DNA of 64,000 nucleotides, taken from IMG/VR virus record IMGVR_UViG_3300025770_001492, positions 124,001 through 188,000 of that record, one strand, 5' to 3'. The position numbers and the translations under genes are program-made. Every line of letters starts with the position of its first letter. The stretch's first letter is position 1. The notes below the pieces were generated by a model, which saw only the letters and a program-made list of their open reading frames with translations, did no database searches and was not told the origin of the DNA. Below are positions 35,566 through 46,044 of this stretch, one piece after another.

Positions 35566-37098
35566 TTAAACATTTTCTATTTCTACTAGAGTTGTTTTAG
35601 CACACCATCTAATTGTTTCACTTGCTACTCCTGTCACTTTGATTGCTAATGCATCATTTGTGTTGTCTGCTTCTGCGTCTGTATCCCAAGAAGCGGTATC
35701 TTCAGCTATTGTTGTTTTTGTTGGAGTTCCTACTAAAGCTGTTGTTCCACTGGTGTTTTCAATAACTCCTTCTATTCTATATCCTCCTCCATCACCAGAT
35801 GTTACACTTCTTCCTACGATTAATATATCAAAAAGATAAGTTTGGCCGCTTGGTATTGATATTCTAGCATTTGTAACATCTCCTATAAACATTTCTGTTT
35901 GAGTAGCGTTAGTTGTCTCACATGCAGACACAACATAGCTTGTTTGTGCTTTTTTAATTGTTTCTGTGACTGTTATGTTTGACCAATAACTTAAATCAGA
36001 TTGCAGTAACACTCCTGAAGTTGTAACTACAGCATCGTAATTCCCTGATTCTCCCGCAATGACTCCATCAAAAGATCCATTGTATTTCCCGTCTAGTGAT
36101 GTTGACCATGTTTCGCTTCCTCCTAAAGGAGCATCATTATCTGTTTGATCTTCTCCATATAGAATATTATCCACCCATACTCGAACGCTTCCTATTGGCC
36201 CAACTTGAAATTCCCACATTAAATCAAAATCTACGTTTTGAGGCAGTGAAGCATTGGGTATTTCAACTCTAGCGAAGTCGTCAACATCAGGAGTTGCGCT
36301 GCCATCTCCCAATCTAACAACTAAGTCGTAAGATCCATTAAATCCGCAATATCCACCTCTGAATGAATTGCCCATTTCGAAAATACAACCTTCTGGATTT
36401 GTTCCTGTTGGTATGTTTACAGTTGTTTTAAATACAGCGTTTTGACTTCTTCCTATATTTTGAGGAGATCCTCCACCTGTATATGAAAAAGCTGAATTTA
36501 CATTGCTTCCGCTTGTAATAACTTCATCAGCAGACGCAACAGGGGTAGCACCCTCTTCGAAAGCTCCAGAACTCCTAGCATGCTGACATCTTAATGTGGC
36601 TAAAGCATTTTTCCCTGTTGCCAGAGAATAATCGCCACTGGCAGTGCAATCTTCTCCTATTTCTACTCCATTTGTGCTTATAGGGTTTAATGCAATGTTT
36701 CCGCTTGTTGATGAAACTATGTTTCCGTCAAATTTTAAATTATCAACTGTTAAGGACCCGTTTATCCCAATTGTTGTAGACGATCCATCATTTGTTCTTA
36801 CAAAGTCCGTGGTTCCTCCAAAACTTCCCGCATTATTATATTGCACATAAGTATCAGAGCCTCCTGGCGATCCTCCACCATTCGAATCAACATACGACTT
36901 AGTAGCTGCATCTTGGTTTGCAGTAGGATCGGTTATATTTACGATTTTGTTGGTTTGCATGTCAAGATTACCAGTAAATCTTAATTGGTTTGCTCCATCG
37001 ATAGTGGTTAGGCCAAGAGCTTCAATAGATTCATCGTCAGATGTAATTTCGTTCTCTTGTATTTTTAAATATTTTCCACTTATGAATTTAACTACCAT
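35566..37098 (-). CDS. tail-fibre/virion appendage protein with inserted lectin (ConA/LamG)-like domain
   Basis: Shared module QLRFTGNLD.QTNKIVN.TDPTANQDAATK.YVD, GGSPGGS..VQYNNAGSFGG, beta-rich insert (GCIFEMG..VRVWVDN). Confidence 0.7.
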   Translation of the reverse strand: MVVKFISGKYLKIQENEITSDDESIEALGLTTIDGANQLRFTGNLDMQTNKIVNITDPTANQDAATKSYVDSNGGGSPGGSDTYVQYNNAGSFGGTTDFVRTNDGSSTTIGINGSLTVDNLKFDGNIVSSTSGNIALNPISTNGVEIGEDCTASGDYSLATGKNALATLRCQHARSSGAFEEGATPVASADEVITSGSNVNSAFSYTGGGSPQNIGRSQNAVFKTTVNIPTGTNPEGCIFEMGNSFRGGYCGFNGSYDLVVRLGDGSATPDVDDFARVEIPNASLPQNVDFDLMWEFQVGPIGSVRVWVDNILYGEDQTDNDAPLGGSETWSTSLDGKYNGSFDGVIAGESGNYDAVVTTSGVLLQSDLSYWSNITVTETIKKAQTSYVVSACETTNATQTEMFIGDVTNARISIPSGQTYLFDILIVGRSVTSGDGGGYRIEGVIENTSGTTALVGTPTKTTIAEDTASWDTDAEADNTNDALAIKVTGVASETIRWCAKTTLVEIENV

Positions 37099-38163
37099 TT
37101 ATCCTCCAAGTATTCCATTTCCTACGGTTGACCAAGTTTCATCTTTAATTCCTCCGTGGAAAGGAATTGGTGCTCCACTTGCCTCTCCTCTAACCTCGAC
37201 TGCTGTCATCTTCGCACACCAGTGTGTAGTCGAATTTGACCCATGTATCCCTTTTAAAATTACACTTACATCTCCTGCGGATGGAGTGTTGCTTGCAAGA
37301 CTTAAGGTCACATCTAGATCAGGACTTCCTGATGCTATTGCTGTTTTTGTTGGAGTTCCTACAAATGATCCGGTTCCATCGTTGTTTTTAATTAATCCGT
37401 TATATCTATATGCGTTTCTTTTTTGATTGGTCCCATCGTCTGTTGTTCCCACTATTAAATATTCAAAAAGCGAATTCCCGTCAGTTGGTAATTCAAATGA
37501 ATTGTAATTTCCGCCTGGATATATTTCAGCCGTAGCATCGTCTGAACGTTGACGATTGTGATATGTTAGATAGAGAGTTTGGTAGACATTTACTGATTTC
37601 CCAAGATTCCCAGAGCTAGTTAAATGTTGTCCAACTCTACCTTCTCCTAAAGGTTCGGCATCGGTTCCATGAACAAGTAAGAAGTCTTCTGTAACTGTTG
37701 GGTTAAAATGCTCTGAACTGTTTATTACAAATCCATTGTTATTGATTGGGTCTACAACTAGATTTTGAAGAGATATGTTATTATTTGTTCTAATTTCATT
37801 TGGATTTTGGCCACTTATCCCAATTCTATCAATTTCAACATTATCCGTAGCCGTTACATTTCCCGATCCATCAAATATGAAACCTGCTCCTCCACCAAAG
37901 CTGCCTGCATTGTTGTATTGCACATGAGTATTTGACCCGCCTGGTGATCCTCCACCATTTGCATCAGCGTATGCCTTAGTAGCAGCTTCTTGGTTTGCCG
38001 TTGGGTCTGTAAGATTGACTACTTTATTTGTCTGAAGATCCATATCGCCAGAAAATTTTAGCTGCCTTGCTCCATCCATCTGAGTTCTTGCCAATGAAGA
38101 TACCAGATCTCTCCCATCAGTAGAAATAACTATTATTCTTCCGCTTATTTGTTTAACAGACAT
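37099..38163 (-). CDS. tail-fibre/virion appendage protein
   Basis: Same N-terminal module and VQYNNAGSFGG; C-terminal domain paralogous to 35566..37098. Confidence 0.7.
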   Translation of the reverse strand: MSVKQISGRIIVISTDGRDLVSSLARTQMDGARQLKFSGDMDLQTNKVVNLTDPTANQEAATKAYADANGGGSPGGSNTHVQYNNAGSFGGGAGFIFDGSGNVTATDNVEIDRIGISGQNPNEIRTNNNISLQNLVVDPINNNGFVINSSEHFNPTVTEDFLLVHGTDAEPLGEGRVGQHLTSSGNLGKSVNVYQTLYLTYHNRQRSDDATAEIYPGGNYNSFELPTDGNSLFEYLIVGTTDDGTNQKRNAYRYNGLIKNNDGTGSFVGTPTKTAIASGSPDLDVTLSLASNTPSAGDVSVILKGIHGSNSTTHWCAKMTAVEVRGEASGAPIPFHGGIKDETWSTVGNGILGG

Positions 38164-38176
38164 GAACTTATATATT

Positions 38177-38204
38177 AAAAAAGGATGGCAAATTGCCATC
38201 CTTT
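38177..38204 (-). terminator. intrinsic terminator
   Basis: AAAGGATGGCAA/TTGCCATCCTTT with U-tract on -. Confidence 0.7.
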
Positions 38205-38229
38205 AGAGTTTTAATAATTTAAATCAAAT

Positions 38230-39384
38230 TTATTGGTTGTAATTAACTAGAATCACATCTCCAGACTCAGGGGCAGTATTAAATGTTATAATGGCTCCTG
38301 ATAAAGTGTAATCATTTGCACCACCAGTATTCTGGATGATGCCATTTAGATAAATACAATCAGTATTTGACAAAGGTGTTGCCGCCATTGTGAAGTCTGT
38401 ATTTGATCCATTAACTGTTCCTGTAGGAGTTTCTCTTGTTACCCAAGTATCTGTAACATATGAATCCGCAATGGTAAAGGCTGCACTTGAACTCATTGTC
38501 AGGTCGCCCCCAACTGCGTTGTAGGTAGTGTCAGATGCACCTTGTCCAACAAGCAATGCAGCAGAAGCTCCATCGGCAAGAGAAAGCCCACTAGAACCTA
38601 GAGCGAGAGTTGATCCATCAAGATTAACTTCAATATCATCAGCATTTACGGTAATTCCACCCGAAGTTGCAGCACCAATATTAACATCACCGCCAGATGC
38701 TGCTAGACCGCTTCCTGCACCGACTGAAATACCGCCAGCACCAAGGTTTAGTCCCGAATTAGTATCCAGATTTATTGTGATGTCGTTTGCATTTGCTGTT
38801 AATCCACCGCTTGTTGCGGCAACAACATCTACTGTTTCATCAGTCTTCGTAAGACCAGCACCAGCTACAAGATCGCCTAAAAGTTGTCCGGTTTGAGAGA
38901 ATTTTTCAAAAGTCAGAGCGGTTGTATCTAGAGTGATAGATCCGGTTGTAGTTAGCAACCAGCCAGTGTCTGCGTTTGAAGTTCCTTCTTCAATGAATGC
39001 AAACATGCCAGTTGTAACTTCGGCACTTGTGTTTGCGTCTGAAGATCTGACAGGAGCACCAGATGCGGTTACATCATAAATACCGTTTTGGTTACCAGTT
39101 GATTGATTCTTAAGAAGAATTCTATCGTCTGCTACAAGAGTCACTCCGTCTACGGTTTGACCTGCTGTGAATGCTGAAGCAAAAGTTCCATTAGACGTAG
39201 TTGCTACCCTAATGCTTTCTTTAAAATCAATTACACCACCTGCAACTTGAGCATCAACATATGCTTTCGTTGCAGCTTCCTGATTTGCTGTCGGATCTGT
39301 AAGATTGACAATTTTATTGGTTTGCAAGTCAAGATTGCCAGTAAATCTTAACTGACGAGCACCATCTGTTTGTGTTACGGCCAT
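38230..39384 (-). CDS. tail-fibre-like structural protein, paralog 1 (384 aa)
   Basis: AATK.YVD, DFKES.RVATT, DR.L.KNQ....NGIY, AGAGL/SGGL repeats, C-terminal beta-sandwich. Confidence 0.8.
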   Translation of the reverse strand: MAVTQTDGARQLRFTGNLDLQTNKIVNLTDPTANQEAATKAYVDAQVAGGVIDFKESIRVATTSNGTFASAFTAGQTVDGVTLVADDRILLKNQSTGNQNGIYDVTASGAPVRSSDANTSAEVTTGMFAFIEEGTSNADTGWLLTTTGSITLDTTALTFEKFSQTGQLLGDLVAGAGLTKTDETVDVVAATSGGLTANANDITINLDTNSGLNLGAGGISVGAGSGLAASGGDVNIGAATSGGITVNADDIEVNLDGSTLALGSSGLSLADGASAALLVGQGASDTTYNAVGGDLTMSSSAAFTIADSYVTDTWVTRETPTGTVNGSNTDFTMAATPLSNTDCIYLNGIIQNTGGANDYTLSGAIITFNTAPESGDVILVNYNQ

Positions 39385-39436
39385 TTTTTTCCTTCCTTGG
39401 ATTTTAATTTTATGGTAATTTTATGGTAATTTTATT

Positions 39437-40591
39437 TTATTTGGCATAATTAACTAATAAAACATCTCCGGTTTCAGGAGCACTATTGAAAGTGATTGAG
39501 TTTGTTGAAATGGTGTAATCATTTGAACCGCCAACATTTTGAAGTATACCATTTAAATGGACACATTCTGTTCCACTTAAAGGCGTTGCTGCCAACGTGT
39601 AAGAAGCATTGCTTCCATTTACAAGTCCTGATGGAACTTCTCTGTAAACCCAAGTATCTGTAACATATGAATCCGCAATGGTAAAGGCTGCACTTGAACT
39701 CATTGTCAGGTCGCCCCCAACTGCGTTGTAAGTCGAATCAGATGCACCTTGTCCAACAAGCAATGCAGCAGAGGCTCCATCGGCAAGAGAAAGACCACTA
39801 GCACCTAGAGCGAGAGTTGATCCGTCAAGATTTACTTGGATATCATCAGCATTTACGGTAATTCCACCCGAAGTTGCAGCACCAACATTAACGTCACCGC
39901 CAGATGCTGCCAAACCACTTCCTGCACCGACTGAGATACCGTTAGCACCAAGGTTTAGTCCCGAATTAGTATCTAGATTTATTGTGATGTCGTTTGCATT
40001 TGCTGTTAATCCACCGCTTGTTGCGGCAACAACATCTACTGTTTCAGCAGTCTTCGTAAGACCAGCACCAGCTACAAGATCTTCTAAAAGTTGTCCAACT
40101 TCACTGAATTTTTCAAAAGTCAGAGCCGTTGTATCTAAGGTGATAGTTCCAGTTGTAGTTAGTAACCATCCGGTTTTTGCGTTTGAAGTTCCTTCTTCTA
40201 CAAAACAAAACAGTCCACTTGTAACTTCTGCACTTGTGTCTGCATCTGATGACCTACTTGGAGCACCAGTAGCTTGTACTATGTAGATTCCGTTCTCGTC
40301 TCCTGATGACTGGTTTTTGATTAAAATTCTATCATTAGTTGCAAGAGTCACTCCGTCTATAACGTCGTTATTTTCAAAATCACTAGCTAGAGTTCCTGTT
40401 GCCGTAGTTGCAACTCTGACACTTTCTTTAAAATCAATTACACCACCTGCAACTTGAGCATCAACATATGATTTCGTAGCAGCGTCTTGATTTGCTGTCG
40501 GATCTGTAAGATTGACAATTTTATTGGTTTGCAAGTCAAGATTACCAGTAAATCTTAATTGACGAGCACCATCTATTTGTGTTACGGCCAT
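39437..40591 (-). CDS. tail-fibre-like structural protein, paralog 2 (384 aa)
   Basis: Colinear and highly similar to 38230..39384. Confidence 0.8.
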   Translation of the reverse strand: MAVTQIDGARQLRFTGNLDLQTNKIVNLTDPTANQDAATKSYVDAQVAGGVIDFKESVRVATTATGTLASDFENNDVIDGVTLATNDRILIKNQSSGDENGIYIVQATGAPSRSSDADTSAEVTSGLFCFVEEGTSNAKTGWLLTTTGTITLDTTALTFEKFSEVGQLLEDLVAGAGLTKTAETVDVVAATSGGLTANANDITINLDTNSGLNLGANGISVGAGSGLAASGGDVNVGAATSGGITVNADDIQVNLDGSTLALGASGLSLADGASAALLVGQGASDSTYNAVGGDLTMSSSAAFTIADSYVTDTWVYREVPSGLVNGSNASYTLAATPLSGTECVHLNGILQNVGGSNDYTISTNSITFNSAPETGDVLLVNYAK

Positions 40592-40676
40592 GTTTTCCCT
40601 CCTTGAATATTTAAACTGACATTGTAGTTATTCATTATTATGTATTTTTTACAATCTTTCATGCGTTTATATTGGT

Positions 40677-41444
40677 ATGGCTATAGAAAGATTCACAAAC
40701 GATGCTGCAACTACGCTTGCTGCTAATATCACCAGTATAGTACAGACTACTGTCGCCGTTGATTCAGATGCAGATTTTCCTACTAGTCCTCAATTTAGGA
40801 TTAAAATAGGAGAAGAAATAATGTTGGTGACTGCATTGCCAGCAGCGAATCAATTTACAGTAATAAGGGGAGTAGAAGATACAAACCCTTTAACGTACTC
40901 TTCAGGAGTAGATGTTACACATTTACTTACTGCGGGTTCTTTTGCGAACGCAATTCGGGGAGATATAGCTTTTTCCAGTGATTCTGGTGTTTCCAATGCA
41001 TATGTTGTTTCTTTGGAAATAGCTCCTGAAGAATATAAAACTGGAATGATAGTTCGATTTGATCCATCAAATGGAAATACGGGATCTTCAACTATAAACG
41101 TTAATTCTTTAGGCGTCAAAAATATAAAGAAAAATGTTTCAGACGACTTGGATGAAGGCGATATTTTAAGCGGAAAAATTTGCTCTTTAATTTATGACTC
41201 ATCAGGTAATTTTCAACTTCTCACTTTTCCTGAAATGGTGCTCGGTATAACTCCAACTGGATCGGTTGATGGCACAAACGATACTTTCACGATGCCAGAC
41301 ACCTATATATCTAACACAACAGTTGTTTATCGCAATGGACTGCGACAAAAAGAAGGAGACGATTACTCAGAATCGGGCAGTACAGTAGTTTTCATATCTC
41401 CCCCACCTGTTGGAGACTCATTGCTGGCTGACTATAAGAAATAG
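40677..41444 (+). CDS. virion structural protein
   Basis: N-terminal TTLAANI..EEIM..RG, NTGSSTINVNSLG, C-terminal PTGSVDGTN..RNGL...DY domain shared with the 384-aa paralogs. Confidence 0.7.
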   Translation: MAIERFTNDAATTLAANITSIVQTTVAVDSDADFPTSPQFRIKIGEEIMLVTALPAANQFTVIRGVEDTNPLTYSSGVDVTHLLTAGSFANAIRGDIAFSSDSGVSNAYVVSLEIAPEEYKTGMIVRFDPSNGNTGSSTINVNSLGVKNIKKNVSDDLDEGDILSGKICSLIYDSSGNFQLLTFPEMVLGITPTGSVDGTNDTFTMPDTYISNTTVVYRNGLRQKEGDDYSESGSTVVFISPPPVGDSLLADYKK

Positions 41445-41452
41445 GGAAAAAT

Positions 41453-42775
41453 ATGGCAAGGACGTTCACAGGTCGCTTAGGAAATGAAAAGAGTCGCTTG
41501 GCTAATATTGTATTAGCTTACAGCGAGACAGAAAAATCTTTTATTGCTTCTGGCGGCGTAAATGCATCTGGGCAGTCCAATGCTCAGGTCAATCTTTCTT
41601 ACACTGCTTCAGGTGGAATTTTAATCTCTGGTGATTCTACTGATAGTGAAGGAAATCGACAAATAGCAAGTGGCGGAGTTGTTGTAAGTGGCGAATCCGA
41701 CATTAACTTAATTCTCAGTTTTTCAGGGTCGGGAATTATAACAGCAAGTGGTCGAGCAGCATGGATTGTGAACCCTGTTGTAAGAGTTGCAACCGGCGGA
41801 GTCGAATTATCTGGCAGTGCTCTTTGCGTATTTGAAGAAAGATCGTGTACTTTAACAATTTCAGGAGTTAATGGCCCTGGCGAGGCTGAACCTGCGGGCG
41901 TTCCTGTTGAAGAAGAGTTTAGAGTATTCGTTGACTGTTACAGTCAGTCGTCTGTAGGTGGATCGTCGGACAAACAATTTGTTGAATGTATTGAAATGCG
42001 ATACATTAATTCAGCATTTCTTTCGGCTAGAACTTTCTGCAATCAAGGATTGTTTGTACTAAATGATCCGGTTGGAAGGCAAATAAGACTTTTAGAAGCA
42101 AAATCTGAGGATGCCACCCCTTTATCTTTCTTCGGTTCTAGGAGGCATTACAAACCTGTAGCTCCTATTGAAGAAAAAATTATTGAGCAAGAGGTTTTGG
42201 ATTCAATTGTTATTGAAGATCCTATTCTTAAAAATATTAAAAATACAAAAAAAAGAGCATCCAAAAACAATAATATTTTGAATCAAAACAAGGTTGAAAA
42301 AGAAGAAATTTGCTTTGACTCAATAATCGAGAAATCTTTAGAAATTCTTGGAGTAAACTACAGCTACGTTGGATTTTCAAAGAAAAAAGACAACTCAGAA
42401 AATTTAGTTATAGAAGCAGTAATTTTAAATGAACCTATTTCCAAAACCATATCAAACAGTAAAAAGAGAGCAAGGAGAATGAATACTTTGCTTGAAACAA
42501 ATAAAATCAATAAACCAATTGAGATTGAGAATGAATTAGATTTTTATGAATCTAATGACAACCTTTCTTCGCTTGCTTTAGTGGCTAAGGAAAAGCAAAA
42601 AGTTAAGTCTCCAAAAATCAAAGTCGAAAGCCCACAACCGATTTTGAATCATGGGAAGTCTATAAAGAAAAACGTTCACAGAAGAAGTTCTGCACCTAGA
42701 AGACACCCTAAACTTCATGCAAATAAAAAAGAAATAGAAAAATTGCAAGAAATGAGAGAGAACGCACTAAGATAA
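41453..42775 (+). CDS. hypothetical protein with ASGG repeats and K/E-rich C-terminus (probably structural)
   Basis: Repeated ASGG..xSG units in the N-terminal half. Confidence 0.65.
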   Translation: MARTFTGRLGNEKSRLANIVLAYSETEKSFIASGGVNASGQSNAQVNLSYTASGGILISGDSTDSEGNRQIASGGVVVSGESDINLILSFSGSGIITASGRAAWIVNPVVRVATGGVELSGSALCVFEERSCTLTISGVNGPGEAEPAGVPVEEEFRVFVDCYSQSSVGGSSDKQFVECIEMRYINSAFLSARTFCNQGLFVLNDPVGRQIRLLEAKSEDATPLSFFGSRRHYKPVAPIEEKIIEQEVLDSIVIEDPILKNIKNTKKRASKNNNILNQNKVEKEEICFDSIIEKSLEILGVNYSYVGFSKKKDNSENLVIEAVILNEPISKTISNSKKRARRMNTLLETNKINKPIEIENELDFYESNDNLSSLALVAKEKQKVKSPKIKVESPQPILNHGKSIKKNVHRRSSAPRRHPKLHANKKEIEKLQEMRENALR

Positions 42776-42800
42776 AGCAGTTTACTTTGATGGTGCAATT

Positions 42801-43682
42801 ATGTTTTGGAAAGACAGCTTAGTTTCTGTAGATCAATTAGATAAGTATTCTATATCTGAAATATTTTCTCAGACTGATTTGTTTAAAATAAGTCCTTTTC
42901 CGTGCGGTTCGGGAGATAAAGTTTTTGCCACTATGTTCTTTGAACCATCCACTAGAACTAGACTTTCTTTCGAGTCTGCAATTGTTAGACATGATTACCG
43001 TTTAATAACTGTTGAAAATGGGAAAGTAAGCTCGTCTGACAAAAAAGGCGAATCTTTAGAAGATTGTGTCAAAACAGTCTCGCAGTATGTTGACTGCATC
43101 ATACTAAGACACCCAGAAAAGGGTGCTGCTAAAAGAGCAGCAAAAGTTTCAGATGTTCCAATTATAAACGCTGGTGATGGCGACGGAGAACATCCCACTC
43201 AATCTTTGTTGGACATGTATACTATTTACGAGAATAAAAAGACAGATAAACAAAACTGTTGGTCTTTGGAATCTGTGTTTGAACCATTAAATGTCCTTTT
43301 TTACGCAGATTTAGAAAATGCCAGAACAGTCAATTCTCTTGAAAAACTTCTTTCTTTATATGGGGCATCTGTCGAAAAAAGAAGTCTTTTTGACGACCCC
43401 AATAAAGATAAAGATTTATGGAAAAAGGCTGATGTCGTTTATATCACTAGGCTTCAAAAAGAAAGAAAAGATCCTGATCGGCCTTTATGCAAAATACCAG
43501 AAAATGTGGTAAATGAAGAAATATTAAAATCAACCAATGAAAATTGTATTTTTCTTCATCCCTTACCAAGGTGTGGCGAAGTAGATCCAGCAATAGACAA
43601 AGATGAAAGAGTACTATTTTGGCCACAGGTTAAAAATGGCATGTACACCAGAATGGCTTTAATTTCTATGATGAATATCTGA
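42801..43682 (+). CDS. pyrB: aspartate carbamoyltransferase catalytic subunit
   Basis: FFEPSTRTRLSFE, KGESL.D, RH, INAGDG..EHPTQ.LLD, TRLQKER, HPLPR. Confidence 0.93.
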   Translation: MFWKDSLVSVDQLDKYSISEIFSQTDLFKISPFPCGSGDKVFATMFFEPSTRTRLSFESAIVRHDYRLITVENGKVSSSDKKGESLEDCVKTVSQYVDCIILRHPEKGAAKRAAKVSDVPIINAGDGDGEHPTQSLLDMYTIYENKKTDKQNCWSLESVFEPLNVLFYADLENARTVNSLEKLLSLYGASVEKRSLFDDPNKDKDLWKKADVVYITRLQKERKDPDRPLCKIPENVVNEEILKSTNENCIFLHPLPRCGEVDPAIDKDERVLFWPQVKNGMYTRMALISMMNI

Positions 43683-43705
43683 ACCTAAAAACTATATATT
43701 TTGTT

Positions 43706-43960
43706 ATGGAATTTAGATATTGGATAGAATCTGAAGCGAAAGCACTGGCGTCTAGAGACATGGTGCTTAATTTTCTTCAAGATAAATTAAACATTAATGA
43801 TCCCGAAGCAATCCTAAATATGTCTACAGATCAGATAGACTCAGGCGTTATTGCAGATCTTTCCCAAAGAGGAATTATATCTTCTGATGATGAGCTTCAA
43901 TCTATAATCAAGAACGGAATTAAGATATCTGAATTAATAAACATTCTTTCAAAGCAATGA
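43706..43960 (+). CDS. hypothetical protein, capsid-targeting-like N-terminus
   Basis: MEFRYWIESE; TATATA 7 nt upstream of ATG. Confidence 0.75.
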   Translation: MEFRYWIESEAKALASRDMVLNFLQDKLNINDPEAILNMSTDQIDSGVIADLSQRGIISSDDELQSIIKNGIKISELINILSKQ

Positions 43961-43970
43961 GGCAAAATGA

Positions 43971-44762
43971 ATGGGAAATTATAAAATTTTAATGTGTAAG
44001 CCAACGCATTACGGCATTAAATATTCTATAAACCCTTGGATGAATCTAGAAAATCAATCAGACTACTCAAAATCTCAAAAACAATGGCAAAAACTTCATG
44101 ACACAATCCTCTCCACAGGAGCAGAAATTGAACACGTTGAACCTCATTCAGATGTGCCAGATATAGTATTCACAGCAAACGCTGCTCTTATATATGAAAA
44201 TAAATGCATCATATCGAACTTCAAATTTGATGAAAGAAAAAAAGAAGAAAAATTTTACGAGGAAAAACTTGGTGAATATTACGACATTGTCAGATTACCA
44301 AGAGAGTTAAATTTTGAAGGAGCAGGAGATGCTTTGTTTTCAGAAAATAAATTAATTATGGCGCATGGATTTAGGACTAGTATTGATTCTTTACATGCAA
44401 TTGACGAGGTGTTGGAACTTGATTCAATTAAGGTCAAATTGATAGACCCTTATTTTTATCATTTAGATACATGTTTTTGTCCTCTTGAAAAAAATAAAGC
44501 AATTTACTTTCCGAAAGCATTCCACAGGGATTCTGTTAAAGCTTTAAATGAAAATATGGACATGATACCTGTTCCTGAAAACGATGCAAAAAAGTTCGCA
44601 TGTAATGCTGTGGTAATTGGAAATTATGTTATAATTCCAGAAGGATGTGATGAAACTAAAAGACTTTTAGAGAGAATGAACTTTAATGTACTGTGCTGCG
44701 ATATGAGTGAATTCATAAAAGCAGGCGGTGCTTGCAAATGTCTGACTCTCATGATGGTGTAA
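43971..44762 (+). CDS. amidinotransferase-superfamily hydrolase (DDAH / arginine dihydrolase-like)
   Basis: INPWM, PDIVFTAN, FEGAGD, YHLDTCF, FACN, EF.KAGG..KCL. Confidence 0.88.
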   Translation: MGNYKILMCKPTHYGIKYSINPWMNLENQSDYSKSQKQWQKLHDTILSTGAEIEHVEPHSDVPDIVFTANAALIYENKCIISNFKFDERKKEEKFYEEKLGEYYDIVRLPRELNFEGAGDALFSENKLIMAHGFRTSIDSLHAIDEVLELDSIKVKLIDPYFYHLDTCFCPLEKNKAIYFPKAFHRDSVKALNENMDMIPVPENDAKKFACNAVVIGNYVIIPEGCDETKRLLERMNFNVLCCDMSEFIKAGGACKCLTLMMV

Positions 44763-44764
44763 TA

Positions 44765-45415
44765 ATGGAAATACTAATAATTCGACACGGACAGAGTGAA
44801 CACAATGTCTCCTATGAAGGCACTTTGGATTCTTCTTTGACCAAAAAAGGAAATGAGCAAGTTTACAATACAGCTTGCTGGCTTAAAGATAACTTTGATT
44901 TATCTGGTTACAAGGGAGTATCGAGTCCATATTTAAGAACTCTTCAAACTTCTTATATTTTACGAAGTCAAACTAATATTGATTTCGAAGTAAATGAACT
45001 TGTTCGAGAATATCATGTAAAAAAAGATGAACCTGAACTTGTAGAAAATCAAGGAATGCCTATTAAATTTAGGGAAAATCTGTTTGGAGATTTTGACTGG
45101 AGCAGATGGAATGGGAAAGATGGAAAGTATGGAGTTTCTGAAGACCTCAAAATATACCCGAATGAAACTATGGACGATTTCTTGGGAAGAATAGAATTTT
45201 ATTTAAAAGGTTTAAATGAAGATTCTAAATATCTCATCGTAGGACACGGAGCATCATGTCGTGCTCTCCATGATGTATCAATAAACAAAGATTTAAAAAG
45301 TATCAAAGAAAGATATGCAAAACCGATTAAAGAGTATAAAGATAGCATTGAGAATTCTAGTTTAATATGGATTAAAGATGAAAAATGCAAATGGTTTTCT
45401 AAAGTAGTTTGGTAA
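44765..45415 (+). CDS. histidine phosphatase family protein
   Basis: IIRHGQSEHN, SSPYLRTLQT, E, LIVGHG. Confidence 0.88.
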   Translation: MEILIIRHGQSEHNVSYEGTLDSSLTKKGNEQVYNTACWLKDNFDLSGYKGVSSPYLRTLQTSYILRSQTNIDFEVNELVREYHVKKDEPELVENQGMPIKFRENLFGDFDWSRWNGKDGKYGVSEDLKIYPNETMDDFLGRIEFYLKGLNEDSKYLIVGHGASCRALHDVSINKDLKSIKERYAKPIKEYKDSIENSSLIWIKDEKCKWFSKVVW

Positions 45416-45420
45416 AAAAC

Positions 45421-46044
45421 ATGAAACCTTGTTGGATTTTAACAACCCCAAGATCTGGATCGACCTTTTTAAGCAGGAGATTAAACCAGACAGGACTTTT
45501 TAACCCACCGTTTGCAGAGTGGTATAATAGCGAGACACTCTTTGATGAATTTCTTGTAAAGAACCCAGTTCCGTTTTGCAAGATACATAAATTTCAATAT
45601 AATGAACATCTGCCGTCGTTTCCAAAAAATGTATTTTTTATACATTTAACTAGAAAAGACTTGGCAGAAGCAACAGTTTCACAGTATTTCGCAGGACATA
45701 CTAAAATGTGGAACACTACGTGTGAGAAAGACCTCTCAGAACACGCAAACGTGGATGTCCCTTACAATAGAGATACAATGCTTCGCTTGTACTTTGATAT
45801 GATACATGAGTCAAAAGGATGGGTCGAATTCTTAAAAGATAAAAAACACCTAGAGTTCGATTATGAGGACCTAATGACTGATTGTAGTTCTATTGTGGAC
45901 AAAATAGTTGAATTAACTGAGACTCAAAACAATGAACCAAACAAATATAAAGACATGCACACTCCATTAAAGATGTATCATCCACTTAAGGAAGAATATG
46001 TAAAAAAATTCAAGGAAACAATTAAACAAATAGAGAATAATTAA
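45421..46044 (+). CDS. Stf0-like sulfotransferase
   Basis: TTPRSGSTFL, HLTRKDL....VS..FA...W, YEDL. Confidence 0.8.
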   Translation: MKPCWILTTPRSGSTFLSRRLNQTGLFNPPFAEWYNSETLFDEFLVKNPVPFCKIHKFQYNEHLPSFPKNVFFIHLTRKDLAEATVSQYFAGHTKMWNTTCEKDLSEHANVDVPYNRDTMLRLYFDMIHESKGWVEFLKDKKHLEFDYEDLMTDCSSIVDKIVELTETQNNEPNKYKDMHTPLKMYHPLKEEYVKKFKETIKQIENN

